DNA from: a candidate division WOR-3 bacterium
Lineage (GTDB): Bacteria; Hydrothermota; Tepidihabitantia; SM23-42; JAOAFX01
Assembly: GCA_039802205.1 (NCBI GenBank)
Contig: JBDRWD010000007.1
Span: 2,433-66,432 of the forward strand
Direction: 5' to 3'
DNA: 64,000 bases
Shown here: positions 18,503-29,164 of the stretch, one piece after another
Layout: every line of letters begins with the position of its first letter
Position numbering within the stretch: position 1 is the first letter of the stretch
Made by a program: the position numbers and the translations under genes
Notes under the pieces: model-generated
What the model saw: the letters and a program-made list of their open reading frames with translations, nothing else
What the model was told of the DNA's origin: nothing
Database searches by the model: none

Positions 18503-19768
18503 CTACTCATACCCCACTGCCTTTAGCAAATCGGCACGGGCACTCAAATAATCCTTCAGGGCATTTAGATAATTTATCTTTGCCTGCATCGTTGCGAGTT
18601 GTGAATCAAGATATTCAAGGTTTGTAGCAAGTCCGTTTTTGTACCTTGTTTCCATCATATTGAGTGCCTGCTCTGCCTGATTTATATTCTCTTTCGCCGC
18701 AGCAATCGCCTCCTTTGCCGCAATCAGATTGAAATATGCCTGCTTCACCTCAAGGATAATTCCCTTTGTTAGATTTTCATAGGCAAGTTCCACTTCCTTC
18801 ATCTGTAAGGTTGATTTGTTATATTCATAGAGATTTTTATAGCCACTGAAGATGGGCCACTGGAATCCAACATTAAATGTAAGGTTTGAACCCCAGTCAT
18901 TGCCGCCAAAACTGAATGGTTTTTTGCGGTCATAACTAACACCCGCAACGAGCGTGGGCAGGTTTGAACGGGCCTTGAGCGTCTTTGCAATTTGGGTCAA
19001 TTTCTCAACTTTATCCAGATTCTTCAATTCTGCACGATTATTCAATGCCTCCTGTTTGAGGACCTCAAGGTCGTAATCAGATTCGGTTATCTCAAGGGTA
19101 TCTATTAAGTTGAATTCCTTATCCTGCGGCAACCCCAGAAGCATTTTAAAACCTTCACGCGCAAGGCGTAAACCATTTTCAGCCTCAATCAGCTTCGGCT
19201 TGAGATTAGCAACCTGGACCTGGGAGCGGAGCAGGTCAAATTGTGAAACAAGTCCTGCCTCATAGCGCTTGCGCACTGCCTCCTCATGCCTTTTTAACTG
19301 TTCCATACTCTCTCTGGTCAATTCCACCATCTTCTCCAGAACCAGTAATCCGTAGTATGATTTAACGACCGAACAACGCACCTCCTGTTTTTTTCTTATC
19401 AATTTCAATTCTGCAATATCACGATTGATTCCCGCAATCCGATAGGCATCATATATCTTACCCCAGGCAAATAATACCTGCTGGAGCGAGACCTGGAAAT
19501 TATAATTTTCATGTTGCCCCATTGGAATTGCAAGGGAATCCATCTGAAAGACGGGCAGGTTGCTCAAATAGGCATAATAACCGGTTGCCGAGATTGTCGG
19601 ATAGAATGCCGAGCGGGCAATGCCGATGTCGGCTGCAGATTTATTTAAATCAATGGTGAGTTGTTTTATTTCTGCATTGTTGTTATAGGCAAATTCAACT
19701 GCCTCGTTTAATGAAAAGTTGACCGTATCCTGGGCAGTCAAAAGAGTTAGAAGAACAAATTGTAGCAT
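18503..19768 (-). CDS. TolC-family outer membrane efflux protein
   Basis: 421 aa with a signal peptide and the two-repeat OEP architecture. Confidence 0.85.
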   Translation of the reverse strand: MLQFVLLTLLTAQDTVNFSLNEAVEFAYNNNAEIKQLTIDLNKSAADIGIARSAFYPTISATGYYAYLSNLPVFQMDSLAIPMGQHENYNFQVSLQQVLFAWGKIYDAYRIAGINRDIAELKLIRKKQEVRCSVVKSYYGLLVLEKMVELTRESMEQLKRHEEAVRKRYEAGLVSQFDLLRSQVQVANLKPKLIEAENGLRLAREGFKMLLGLPQDKEFNLIDTLEITESDYDLEVLKQEALNNRAELKNLDKVEKLTQIAKTLKARSNLPTLVAGVSYDRKKPFSFGGNDWGSNLTFNVGFQWPIFSGYKNLYEYNKSTLQMKEVELAYENLTKGIILEVKQAYFNLIAAKEAIAAAKENINQAEQALNMMETRYKNGLATNLEYLDSQLATMQAKINYLNALKDYLSARADLLKAVGYE

Positions 19769-19841
19769 AAGACCCCCTTACAATTAAATCCCAAACAAAT
19801 TTCAATTTTCAAACTTCCAAACTTTTTAACATCAACTTCTA

Positions 19842-20429
19842 TCATGGTAGAAAGAATTTTAAGCCGAAGCCGTTGACAAAGAATTTTTCGTCTTTATCAA
19901 AAAAGCCATATTTATAAATGTTAGCGCTCGTGAGATAATGATATTGCAGATGGGAAAATAATGCGAGATTATCCAATGGCTTAATCTGGAATTCAAGACC
20001 TCCTGTAAAACCAAGGTCTTTTTCATCCATTTTATCGCCGGTCGGTAGTGTAATAACCTGGTCGTTAAACAATCCCTGCCACAGATACCAGCCAAAGCCA
20101 GTCTTTAAATGCATCTGGAACAAGCCACTCTTTAAGAAAGGCAAAAGATTGTAGGTTATGGTTAATGTCAAAGGTGTGTATTTGTATGCAAAAGGTCCCT
20201 GTTCAGGTGGAGCATCATAGCGGATGATCGCACCACTGAACTCAATCCCAAGTTTAGGAATAATGTTCGCCACACCTATCTGGATACTCCATTGGTATTT
20301 GCTTTTTGGTTCTTTTAAGGTATCCTGGTAGAGGAGATAATTTGAATAATTAGGTCCAATAAAGACCTGTCTTGCATCCAAGCGGGGATTGAATCGCCCG
20401 GCAATGAACAAGATTAATAGTATGTTCAT
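19842..20429 (-). CDS. hypothetical outer-membrane beta-barrel-like protein
   Basis: 195 aa with alternating hydrophobic beta-strand pattern and an aromatic C-terminus (..GLKFFLP). Its start overlaps the TetR stop. Confidence 0.45.
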   Translation of the reverse strand: MNILLILFIAGRFNPRLDARQVFIGPNYSNYLLYQDTLKEPKSKYQWSIQIGVANIIPKLGIEFSGAIIRYDAPPEQGPFAYKYTPLTLTITYNLLPFLKSGLFQMHLKTGFGWYLWQGLFNDQVITLPTGDKMDEKDLGFTGGLEFQIKPLDNLALFSHLQYHYLTSANIYKYGFFDKDEKFFVNGFGLKFFLP

Positions 20430-21016
20430 CTTGACTCCTTTCGGTTTTGTAGACCTTCAAAAAATAGACTGAGAATTTCTTCACTTACCTCTATTTGCTC
20501 AGAAGTAAAGATACTTAATAAAAGCGGTGCCCGCATGATATTAAGAAAACTGATAGCAGCGATGCGGGGGTTTATTTTACGAAATTCACCATTCTTAATC
20601 CCAGTTTCAATTATTTCTGCTACCGAAGAAATAATCTGATTGATGATGGGGAAAACGCGTTTTTTTACGCCCTTCATTATTCTGAATGCCTGATTTATAT
20701 TTTCCATGGACACAACCGGAAAAAATTTATGAAATTCAATAGCATGGAGGAGCCAATCTCCGGCAATCTTCTTTAATTTCTCACTGCTGGTCAAATTTTC
20801 GCGATCGACGCTTTGCAAATCTGCCAGTGCGGAATTAAGGTGGGTTTCGATGATATTTATATATATTTCGGTTTTATCCTTAAAATATAAATAAACTGTC
20901 CCCTTTGCGACCCCCGCGGCCCGGGCAATATCATCAACCGTGGTTTTAAAAAATCCCTTTCGGGCAAAGATTGCCATCGCTGATTTCATAATCTTCTCAC
21001 GCATATCTTTCTTCAT
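20426..21016 (-). CDS. TetR/AcrR family transcriptional regulator
   Basis: N-terminal HTH AIFARKGFFKTTVDDIARAAGVAKGTVYLYFKDK. Confidence 0.9.
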   Translation of the reverse strand: MKKDMREKIMKSAMAIFARKGFFKTTVDDIARAAGVAKGTVYLYFKDKTEIYINIIETHLNSALADLQSVDRENLTSSEKLKKIAGDWLLHAIEFHKFFPVVSMENINQAFRIMKGVKKRVFPIINQIISSVAEIIETGIKNGEFRKINPRIAAISFLNIMRAPLLLSIFTSEQIEVSEEILSLFFEGLQNRKESR

Positions 21017-21054
21017 AATAACTAATTTAGACTCCTTTTAAGATAAAAAAGTTT

Positions 21055-21080
21055 ATAATGACTGACCAGTCAGTCATTAT
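21055..21080. promoter_or_regulatory. palindromic operator ATAATGACTGAC-ca-GTCAGTCATTAT (12-bp arms) 40 bp upstream of the TetR gene
   Basis: Near-perfect inverted repeat. Its left arm overlaps a TATAAT hexamer. This is the typical TetR autoregulatory operator position. Confidence 0.6.
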
Positions 21081-21337
21081 ATCTAAAAATTAGAATATGT
21101 CAACAGGCCGATTTACAGAGTCCTCTCAACATTTTTTCTTGAAATTTTAGTCTTCATGCTAAATATTATTTTATGCACTTATTTTTGCTGTTTTAAATAC
21201 TTTTAACAGATGTGTATTAAATCACACTTTCAATCCCCCTCTTTCCCCCTTTTGTAAAGGGGGATAATGAGGATTATTAAATGAGTTTTTTATATAAAAT
21301 AATCGTAAGGCAGACCTTGGATGGAGTTTTTAATCAA

Positions 21338-23245
21338 CTATTGTATTTTTATAACTTTTTCTATCTTCTTTAAATCTTTTTGTCTTATTTCTATGAGATA
21401 TATGCCCGGTTGTAAGCCATCTGCGTGCCAGATAATATTATCTTTACCATCAAACGATTCCCTGAGCCGACCTGAAATATCAAATATCCTGACTCCGGTA
21501 ATGCCTTTTCCCTTTATCAATAATTCTTTTTTAAACGGATTCGGTTTTAATTCAATTCCCGCATTAAAATCTGCTTTCATTTCCGCAATTCCCAGCTGGG
21601 CAGAGGTCTCATTGCTCAGGCGCGATTCCGCAAACGCCCTTATCTGGGCAGTGGCACAGTAATAATAGGTAATCCCTGGCGAGACATTGTAATCATTATA
21701 TGTAGTATCGGTTATGAGTGCCGTATTTATTTTTGTATAAGGTCCGCCCGATGTCTGACTACGATAGATATTATATCCAGCAATATCCGGCTCGCGGTTC
21801 TTATTCCACACAAGATTGATATGGTCAACCGCGGCGGTTGCATTTAAATTCTGGGGTGGTTTGGGATGGAACCATCCGGTATTCCACTGGTCATGATAAT
21901 AAGTTCCCCAGTCAGTATAATAGCCACAATATGGAACACCCGAAATCGTCCAGAGATTGACCGTGCCATCGCTTGTTAACAGGGCAATTTCAATATCACC
22001 ATCAAGGTCAACATCACCGACAGAAGGACTGTTAACAATCGCGGCTGAGGTTGTTGGAATGGGCCAATCAGTAACTAAAGAACCATTTCCCTCATAGGCA
22101 TAGAAATGTCCAGGATTTGTATTATCTGCAACCAAGACTTCACGCAGGTTGTCATTATCAACATCAAATACGATTGGTGAACATTCAAGCATATCACAAT
22201 TCACGGGCCAGCCACTGACCTGAGTTCCATTATGATGCCTTGCCAGGAGATTTGGTGCACCGATGATATGACCACCGCCAAATATCTCTAAATCTCCATC
22301 CCCATTAATATCACCGACCACAGGCATTGTATAAGTCTGGGGTCCGGGAAATGTCTGGGGCCAGTTTGTGAAATTTGTGCCATCGTGGTGATAGATATTT
22401 ACATAGTTGACACTATTGGTATAATAGGAATGTAAAATCTCCTGGTCACCATCATTATCTAAATCAGCAATCACGGGCTGGGCATAACTCATGCCACCTG
22501 CAACATTGAGCTTGGGCCAGCCCGGTTCAGTATTCCCATTCTGGTCCCATACATATACTGAGCGATAAGATAGACAGACGATTTCAAAGAGATTATCATT
22601 ATCTATATCTGCAACCGCAACCGAAGCAACGGCAAGATAGTCGGTATTCTGGGGCCAGCCCGGATAGACCGTGCCATTGTGATGCCAGACATAGACATGA
22701 CCTGGCTGTCCTGACTGCATCTGCGCCATTATAATCTCTAAATCGCCATCACGGTCAAGGTCGAAAAGGACGGGTGCGATAAAACCGAGAACTCCATTCG
22801 CATTCTGGGGCCAGTTAGGATAACTCGTTCCATCATGGTTATAAATATAGACATAACCATTCCGTGCCGCAATCACTATCTCCATATCTCCATTATTATC
22901 AATATCACCTACTGCAACCTTTGCCTGAACCATTCCGCCGACTGTTACTGGCCAGCCCGGCATTAAATTTCCCTGATAATCCCAGATATAGACTTGATTA
23001 TTCGTGGAGCCGACGATAATCTCTAAATCGCCGTCGTTGTTAATATCGGCAAGATTCACACCGCTTGGTGCATAATATGGATTGACACTGATTGACTTTG
23101 GCCAGTTTGGCATCTGCTGGGGTGGGGTGAATGTTTGTATCCAGTTTCCCTCAAAATTTCCGACCGGGTATGTTCTGCCATCAAGATCTGTGCAGACAAT
23201 ATTCCCAACATTTCCTAATAACAAAACACCGATTAAGAATAACAT
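21338..23245 (-). CDS. FG-GAP repeat beta-propeller + fibronectin type III protein with T9SS C-terminal sorting domain
   Basis: Repeated DxDxDGxxE motifs ([30 protein letters not shown], ..), an FN3-like segment and a C-terminal CTD. The true start is ATG 23243-23245 after AAAGGAGAAG ([12 protein letters not shown]..). The tracked ORF's extra 51 codons overlap the tRNA. Confidence 0.8.
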   Translation of the reverse strand: MLFLIGVLLLGNVGNIVCTDLDGRTYPVGNFEGNWIQTFTPPQQMPNWPKSISVNPYYAPSGVNLADINNDGDLEIIVGSTNNQVYIWDYQGNLMPGWPVTVGGMVQAKVAVGDIDNNGDMEIVIAARNGYVYIYNHDGTSYPNWPQNANGVLGFIAPVLFDLDRDGDLEIIMAQMQSGQPGHVYVWHHNGTVYPGWPQNTDYLAVASVAVADIDNDNLFEIVCLSYRSVYVWDQNGNTEPGWPKLNVAGGMSYAQPVIADLDNDGDQEILHSYYTNSVNYVNIYHHDGTNFTNWPQTFPGPQTYTMPVVGDINGDGDLEIFGGGHIIGAPNLLARHHNGTQVSGWPVNCDMLECSPIVFDVDNDNLREVLVADNTNPGHFYAYEGNGSLVTDWPIPTTSAAIVNSPSVGDVDLDGDIEIALLTSDGTVNLWTISGVPYCGYYTDWGTYYHDQWNTGWFHPKPPQNLNATAAVDHINLVWNKNREPDIAGYNIYRSQTSGGPYTKINTALITDTTYNDYNVSPGITYYYCATAQIRAFAESRLSNETSAQLGIAEMKADFNAGIELKPNPFKKELLIKGKGITGVRIFDISGRLRESFDGKDNIIWHADGLQPGIYLIEIRQKDLKKIEKVIKIQ

Positions 23246-23312
23246 AATCTTCTCCTTTCTACCCCTTTTTAATCCTCCCCCTTCAAAGGGGAAAGATTTT
23301 TGAGGGATGAAA

Positions 23313-23394
23313 TGCCGGAGGGGGGATTTGAACCCCCACGCCCGAAGGCCTACGCCCCTCAAACGTATGTGTCTGCCAGTTCCACCACCCCGGC
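23313..23394 (-). tRNA. tRNA-Leu (anticodon GAG), type II with long variable arm, no encoded CCA
   Basis: Acceptor GCCGGGG/CUCCGGC, anticodon stem UACGU/GCGUA with loop UUGAGGG, variable arm GCCuucgGGC, T-loop UUCAAAU. Confidence 0.85.
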
Positions 23395-23514
23395 ACAAAT
23401 AATGGATTCTGTTTAATCTCCTGATATTATAACTAAAATCGGAAATTTGTCAATTATTAACTTGTTGACTTTTTAGCAATTTTAAATAGAATAGTCCATG
23501 CACTGGAGAAAAAT

Positions 23515-25224
23515 ATGATGCAAAATTTTAGACGCAATACCAGGTTGATTTTATTCATCGTGGTGGCTGCCTTTGTTCTTTTGATTTTCTTTGAATGGGG
23601 GCTCAATGTGACCGGTATATCCCAGCGTGAGGAGACCAATATCGCCCATATCGATGGGGTTCCGGTTGCTTATACCGATTATATTCGCTTCGCCCAGAAT
23701 AAAGAGCGTGAAATCAAGAATATCAGCCGGGAAGATATCTGGAATCTGATGATCGAAGAGATAATCTGGAATAACCTTATAAAGAAAGAAAATATCAAAG
23801 TAGTGGATGAAGAAATCTGGGCGATCATTAAAAGCAATCCACCGCGAGAGATCTACGAATCGGATTTTATGAAGGATAGCACCGGAAAATTTGATTACAA
23901 TAAATATCTTGAACTCATCAAATTACCCCAGAGCCGCCAGTGGCTCATGGAATACGAATTTAATTTAAGAAGGCAATTACCACGGGAAAAACTCCGTTCT
24001 TTGATTTACACCATGGCCTGGGCTTCCCCTTTTGAAGATAGCCTCACGATGGCGAAGTTTGCGGTCCAGTATGATCTATCATTTTTGAGCCTACCGCTTT
24101 TCCGCCTTAAGGAGAAGGTTGAGATTAGCGATGAAGAATTGAAAGAATATTACACCAAACATCTTAAGGATTTTACCAATCCTGAAACGAAGATTTTAAA
24201 ATATGTATTTTTTGAAAAATACCCTTCGAGTGAAGATTCGCTGGAGGCCCGGGAAAAGCTGGAGGATCTTTTATTACGGGTGAAAGAAGGCGAGGATTTC
24301 TTAAAGGTTGCCCGGGAAGTTTCAGACGATACGCTGGTCGAAAAGAGATTCAAGGATGAAAAAGAACTTTTGCCCTATGAGGCCGAAGTTTATAAAAAAT
24401 TGAAGGATGGCGAAATATCAGAAATAATGCTCACTTCCCGGGGTTATGAGTTAATAAAACGTGCCGGTAAGGGTTTGATATATTCGGCAAAGGTTAAAAT
24501 TGATATTTCTTCTACAACCCTGGGAGAATTGGGTGACCGGATTGAATCGTTCAAACGGGCAGTAAAAGAACTGGGCTTTGAAGAAGCAGCTAAGGAATAT
24601 AATCTCACTCCTCATAAGACCCTGCCTTTGAATCCGGAAAGATTGAATTTTCCAGTGCGCAATCAAGAAGAACTCGCAAAGGAATTGAAGAAATTGAAAT
24701 TCAAAAAGGTGATCGGACCCTTCAGCAGTTTTGGCGGTTATTATCTCTTTATCCTGGATTCAGTAATCCCGGCAAAGGTATTGAGTCTTAATAACGAAAA
24801 TGAGAAGAATATAATCCGCTCTCGGTATGAACGGGAGAGATTAAAAACGAGGCTCAAAGAATATCTGGAAGATGTCTTTAAACAACTCCAAACAGGGAAT
24901 ACCCTGGAAAGGATGGCACAAATGGATACCACCTTATTCCTGCAGACAGGATTGCGGAATTTAAGTTTGAACGAAATTGAGATGCGGTATGGACCAGAAT
25001 TCGCCGGGGTGGTGGGGTCTCTGGATTCCGGACAGGTTTCCCGTCCGCTGGTGACCGAATGGGCGGGTTATATCATAAGATGCGATAATAAGAGAGTCAT
25101 GCCTTTTGATACGAGTTTGGTTAAATACATCCAGTATCTCCGTCAGGCACGTTTTCAAAGTTTGAGTCAGGCAATCTTTACACCACGGCAGATAATCGAT
25201 AATCGGGATAAATTTTTTGAATAA
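23515..25224 (+). CDS. periplasmic chaperone / peptidyl-prolyl isomerase, PpiD/SurA-like (N-terminal TM anchor)
   Basis: 569 aa. The single N-terminal TM plus long chaperone-like body matches PpiD topology. Assignment is by pattern only. Confidence 0.5.
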   Translation: MMQNFRRNTRLILFIVVAAFVLLIFFEWGLNVTGISQREETNIAHIDGVPVAYTDYIRFAQNKEREIKNISREDIWNLMIEEIIWNNLIKKENIKVVDEEIWAIIKSNPPREIYESDFMKDSTGKFDYNKYLELIKLPQSRQWLMEYEFNLRRQLPREKLRSLIYTMAWASPFEDSLTMAKFAVQYDLSFLSLPLFRLKEKVEISDEELKEYYTKHLKDFTNPETKILKYVFFEKYPSSEDSLEAREKLEDLLLRVKEGEDFLKVAREVSDDTLVEKRFKDEKELLPYEAEVYKKLKDGEISEIMLTSRGYELIKRAGKGLIYSAKVKIDISSTTLGELGDRIESFKRAVKELGFEEAAKEYNLTPHKTLPLNPERLNFPVRNQEELAKELKKLKFKKVIGPFSSFGGYYLFILDSVIPAKVLSLNNENEKNIIRSRYERERLKTRLKEYLEDVFKQLQTGNTLERMAQMDTTLFLQTGLRNLSLNEIEMRYGPEFAGVVGSLDSGQVSRPLVTEWAGYIIRCDNKRVMPFDTSLVKYIQYLRQARFQSLSQAIFTPRQIIDNRDKFFE

Positions 25225-25258
25225 TTTATCATTGACATCAAACAGGGAGTTGGTATAA

Positions 25259-25465
25259 TTGATCATGGCTCAATTTGATAAGATATTATGTCCTTATTGT
25301 CTTTTCAGTGCCAAATATGTGGATCTGGTAGTCAATCCAGAAGGTGATTATATCTGTCCGGAATGCAATGCCACATTCTTTTATGAAGAGATAATGCAGT
25401 TATATGGGTTTACCCAGATGTTTATTAATGCCCGACCAACCGGGCAGGAACCATTTACTCTTTAG
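25259..25465 (+). CDS. small zinc-ribbon protein (CPYC..CPEC)
   Basis: 68-aa ORF with two CxxC pairs. Confidence 0.45.
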   Translation: MIMAQFDKILCPYCLFSAKYVDLVVNPEGDYICPECNATFFYEEIMQLYGFTQMFINARPTGQEPFTL

Positions 25466-26439
25466 TCTTCCTCAAGCCGGACTTTAAAATCTCCTTTTAC
25501 TATCTCCCCGATTACCAGAGGCTTTAGGGCTTTAAAAAATTTTAGATTTTGCGGCTTTATTATCGCCACCATGCCGATGCCCATATTGAACACCCGGTAC
25601 ATCTCATCTTCTGGAACCTTGCCGATCTCCTGGATGATTTTGAAAATTGCCGGAACCTGCCACGATTTCTTTCGGATCACGGCGGCGGTCCCCAGAGGCA
25701 GGATGCGGGCAATGTTATCATAAAATCCACCGCCGGTAATATGGGCAAGGCCATTTATATATTTTAATCTGGGTTCCAGTATCTGACGATAAGACTTATG
25801 GACTTTCAGAAGTTCCTCACCCAGTGTACATTTGAGTGCTGGAAGATAGGTGGTGAGGGTATATTTGCGGAATAAAACACGGCGCGCCAGCGTATAGCCA
25901 TTGGTGTGGAGCCCTGAGGATCTAAACCCCAAAAGGATATCTCCGGGCTCAATACGTTGGGGATCGATATAATCCTTTTTATCTACGATCCCCACGATAA
26001 AACCCACCAAATCATAAACCCCGCGGGGGTAAAACCGTTTCATTTGGGCGGTCTCGCCCCCGATCAATGCAATCCTTTCTTTTTTGCAGGCTCTGGTTAT
26101 CCCTTTTATCACCTCAGTGAGCACCGCATCACTGACTTCCGAGAACCCAATATAATCCATAAAGAATAATGGTTGGGCACCAGTGGTGAGGATGTCATTG
26201 ACACAATGGTTGACTATGTCCATACCCACTGTAGTATGGATACCCATTGCACAGGCAATAAGGATTTTGGTCCCCACTCCATCGACACTGGCGATGAGCA
26301 GTTTATCGTCAATCGGATAGATACCGCCGAATAATCCAAAGGTTGATTCCTGGGGAAGGGTTGAGACAATTTGTTTTCCGAATTTCTTTTTTAATAAGTT
26401 CAAGCGCTTGATATCCACGCCGGCATTTTTGTATAACAT
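25462..26439 (-). CDS. purM: phosphoribosylformylglycinamidine cyclo-ligase (AIR synthetase)
   Basis: N-terminus YKNAGVDI, plus SVDGVGTK, and overall PurM-family length. Confidence 0.9.
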   Translation of the reverse strand: MLYKNAGVDIKRLNLLKKKFGKQIVSTLPQESTFGLFGGIYPIDDKLLIASVDGVGTKILIACAMGIHTTVGMDIVNHCVNDILTTGAQPLFFMDYIGFSEVSDAVLTEVIKGITRACKKERIALIGGETAQMKRFYPRGVYDLVGFIVGIVDKKDYIDPQRIEPGDILLGFRSSGLHTNGYTLARRVLFRKYTLTTYLPALKCTLGEELLKVHKSYRQILEPRLKYINGLAHITGGGFYDNIARILPLGTAAVIRKKSWQVPAIFKIIQEIGKVPEDEMYRVFNMGIGMVAIIKPQNLKFFKALKPLVIGEIVKGDFKVRLEED

Positions 26440-26452
26440 AGAATATCCTCTT

Positions 26453-27424
26453 TTATTCTTGGAAAATCCTTCCTACCTCTGAGTTCGAGGGGATGCGATT
26501 ATGCTTGTAGAAAAAGACCTTTTTATAGTCATATAAATCCTCTTCTCCGTAGTCAATATTGAAAAAGGAAAACGAAAAATTTACCTTAGGTTTTAAAGCA
26601 TTGCCGAGCATTACTTCCACCAGAATTATTACCAGAAATAGCAATACCAGTGCCGGGGTAGAGAGAAATTTCAAAGAGATTTCTTTTTTAGGGCGGGTGA
26701 TCTTGGGTGTGGGTTTGGCATAGGCGAGTTCAATCTGCCCGGTTGTAAGAAGGTGATAGAGACAGGAATAGGTATGAAATTTCCCCAGACCTGAGATGTC
26801 CACCAAGTCATTCACACTCCGATGTCCATCAATGAGCGAAAGAACCATTAATTCATCTTCGGGCAGTTTCAGTTTTAATTCCGGTCGTTCAACCTTTTTG
26901 AATACCAGATCAGGCGAAGGGATCTGTTTGACGATTCGAGGCCATTCGTCAAAACGGCGTGCTGACTCCAGCACGATGTTTTCGGTATTTAACCGGATCT
27001 TGATGAGGCTTTTCGGATAGATAACCGCCCCTTCTTCAAATTTGAATTCACCTTCCTGCCAGGTGAATACTTCATCAATCACTTCCTGGATTTTGAATTT
27101 TATGATCCGTTCAATCTCTTCAATTGTGAGATATTTGTCGTCGATTATGATATTCATTATCGGACGCTTAGTCTCTTCATGGATTTCTTTGATCATCTCA
27201 AAAAGATTCTTCTTGATGAGTCCGGAACGCACAAGATAATTTTCCAGGCGTTCGGTTTTTTCGCCTTTTTCAAAAAAAGCGCCGGTGATCTGCCCATCAA
27301 TAAATCCGATATCTACCAGTTCGTTTTTTCTTTTGATCTTTAAAACGCCGGTTAATTTTTCTTGTGCAATCAACTGGAGAATACTGGCAAAATTGATACT
27401 CTTTAAATCCCCTTCAATCGGCAT
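26453..27424 (-). CDS. DUF4388 domain protein
   Basis: The N-terminal GDLKSINFASILQLIAQEKLTGVLKI matches the DUF4388 signature (GDL..F.L.D.LQ.L......G.L). Confidence 0.55.
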   Translation of the reverse strand: MPIEGDLKSINFASILQLIAQEKLTGVLKIKRKNELVDIGFIDGQITGAFFEKGEKTERLENYLVRSGLIKKNLFEMIKEIHEETKRPIMNIIIDDKYLTIEEIERIIKFKIQEVIDEVFTWQEGEFKFEEGAVIYPKSLIKIRLNTENIVLESARRFDEWPRIVKQIPSPDLVFKKVERPELKLKLPEDELMVLSLIDGHRSVNDLVDISGLGKFHTYSCLYHLLTTGQIELAYAKPTPKITRPKKEISLKFLSTPALVLLFLVIILVEVMLGNALKPKVNFSFSFFNIDYGEEDLYDYKKVFFYKHNRIPSNSEVGRIFQE

Positions 27425-29135
27425 CGTTGCCTCCTAAGAGGAACAAAAAGGAAAATAGATAGCAAAAGAAGAGAATTACGACTCCAACCACAATGATTAT
27501 AGGTGTCAATGAAAGTGCGATCCAGCCCGCGGGTTTAATAAGATACGATTTAAAAAAGAACGGGATATAAACGATCACCGCCAGAAATGTAAACACCATT
27601 CCTAAAAAGTTTTTATTCTTATAAATCAAACCAGCACCAGGAAGTAGGATATTTAAAAATACTTTCAGAAAACGGTCAAGCAGACGGTGTGTCCGCCCTA
27701 AGGATTGTCTCAATTCTTCTTCAATTGCCTCATTTTTTGTTGCGTTGAGTTTATTTATACAATCCTGACAGTGGAATTCCTCGCCAACCTCTTCAGCACA
27801 CTGACGACAAACCGGTCTACGACAGATAGCACAACGATAGGGTGGGGAAAATTTGGAGGGCACAAAGGTGAAAAGCAAAACCAATAACAGCACAATCCAA
27901 TGGAAATTTTTGACGAGACTTGAGAAAGAAAAATGGGGGGTAAAAAGTAAATTGTAAAATACTTTTGTCTCGGGGACGATATCTATCGGTTCATTCTGTG
28001 CCCGGACGCAGCCCCGTTTCCTTGCTTCTTCCATGAGTTCACCCGCTGCCAAATACTCAATCTTTTTATATTTCAACAGAGCGAGATTGAAATAGGGCTC
28101 ACCACGGTCACTCACCATTGCCCGGCGGTAGAGTTCTTCAGCCCTTTCATCTTCCTCGTAGATTGCATAAAGGTTCGCAAGATTGTTTACAACATCCACA
28201 CGATGGTTATTAAGATTGTAGTATAAATCCTCATATAACGCCAGGGCTTCATCATGCATTGCTTGTTTCTTATAGGCATAAGCCAAAATTTCTTTCTCCA
28301 GTTCCGACTCGGGATTTATCCGGATATCGCTATCCAGTGCTACTAGCTGATAGAGATAATAGGTTTTGTCTTTGCCTTTAAGAAAAGGCACAAAGTTAAA
28401 CATTGTGGCAAATAAAGAAAAGAGTAAAAGCAAAAACAGGCAAAGCCGGAAATAATTTCTCTCCTGGGTGTTAAAGATGAATATAAGGATTATACCATAA
28501 ATGAGGAAAGTGAGGTAAAAATTGCGTAATACAAGGCTGGGAATCAATAAAAAGGCAAAGCCGAGCATACCTTTAAATAGATTGTGTTTCAGCGGATCCA
28601 AACGATGGCTTAACACCGGGAGATAATAGATAAATTTAATCAAGAGAAAAACGAATAGATTAAAAAACAATGCAAGGAATAAAAGCATGATAAAATTCCC
28701 TAAAAGGAATATTTGATTGCGAAAATCCTTTAGGATAGGAAGCGAGAAGGCGGTTTTTAAAATACCTAAATTCCGGGTGCTGAGCCCCAGGGAAAGAAGT
28801 GAGAGGAAATTTTCTATCGCCAGGGAGTCAAAATGGATTGCCAGTTTGATTTTTTCGTATTTCTGCTGGAGTTCTTTGGTATCTTTTGCCTCCCACCTTA
28901 ATACCCCGGCAAGATAGGAATTCCGGGGAATGGTTAAGGTCTTCAAAAAGGAATCGGCTTGGGGATCATTTGTTCGACTGCGCCAGAACCATAAAATAAC
29001 CGGGTCGCTTTTGTAATCATTAAGTTTTGTGCGGTTGTGCATCAGGGTCACGAATATTGACTCGCTCCGGGGTGAGTCGATAAAGTTTTGGTAATCGCGA
29101 TTGAACCCCAAAATCAGGGTGAAGATGATTATCAT
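27414..29135 (-). CDS. polytopic membrane protein with TPR-like segment and Cys-rich zinc-ribbon (CAICRRPVCRQC..CQDC)
   Basis: 573 aa with multiple TM helices in both the N- and C-terminal thirds. Confidence 0.55.
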   Translation of the reverse strand: MIIIFTLILGFNRDYQNFIDSPRSESIFVTLMHNRTKLNDYKSDPVILWFWRSRTNDPQADSFLKTLTIPRNSYLAGVLRWEAKDTKELQQKYEKIKLAIHFDSLAIENFLSLLSLGLSTRNLGILKTAFSLPILKDFRNQIFLLGNFIMLLFLALFFNLFVFLLIKFIYYLPVLSHRLDPLKHNLFKGMLGFAFLLIPSLVLRNFYLTFLIYGIILIFIFNTQERNYFRLCLFLLLLFSLFATMFNFVPFLKGKDKTYYLYQLVALDSDIRINPESELEKEILAYAYKKQAMHDEALALYEDLYYNLNNHRVDVVNNLANLYAIYEEDERAEELYRRAMVSDRGEPYFNLALLKYKKIEYLAAGELMEEARKRGCVRAQNEPIDIVPETKVFYNLLFTPHFSFSSLVKNFHWIVLLLVLLFTFVPSKFSPPYRCAICRRPVCRQCAEEVGEEFHCQDCINKLNATKNEAIEEELRQSLGRTHRLLDRFLKVFLNILLPGAGLIYKNKNFLGMVFTFLAVIVYIPFFFKSYLIKPAGWIALSLTPIIIVVGVVILFFCYLFSFLFLLGGNDAD

Positions 29136-29164
29136 AATAGATTATACTGGAATTATCTCTCCTG

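Noticed and set aside
18267-18510. CRISPR-like appearance of the 33-bp tandem array, and two long overlapping ORFs (+ and -) across it
   Set aside because: The segments between the palindromes are identical in every unit, so there are no unique spacers. The ORFs are reading-frame artefacts of a perfect tandem repeat (PSRGRKREGES repeated).
23246-23398. 5' extension of the FG-GAP protein ORF (tracked start 23398, [15 protein letters not shown]..)
   Set aside because: The extension is the reverse-strand reading of tRNA-Leu(GAG) (23313..23394) and its flank. The real start is ATG 23243-23245 with a GGAG RBS and a clean signal peptide.
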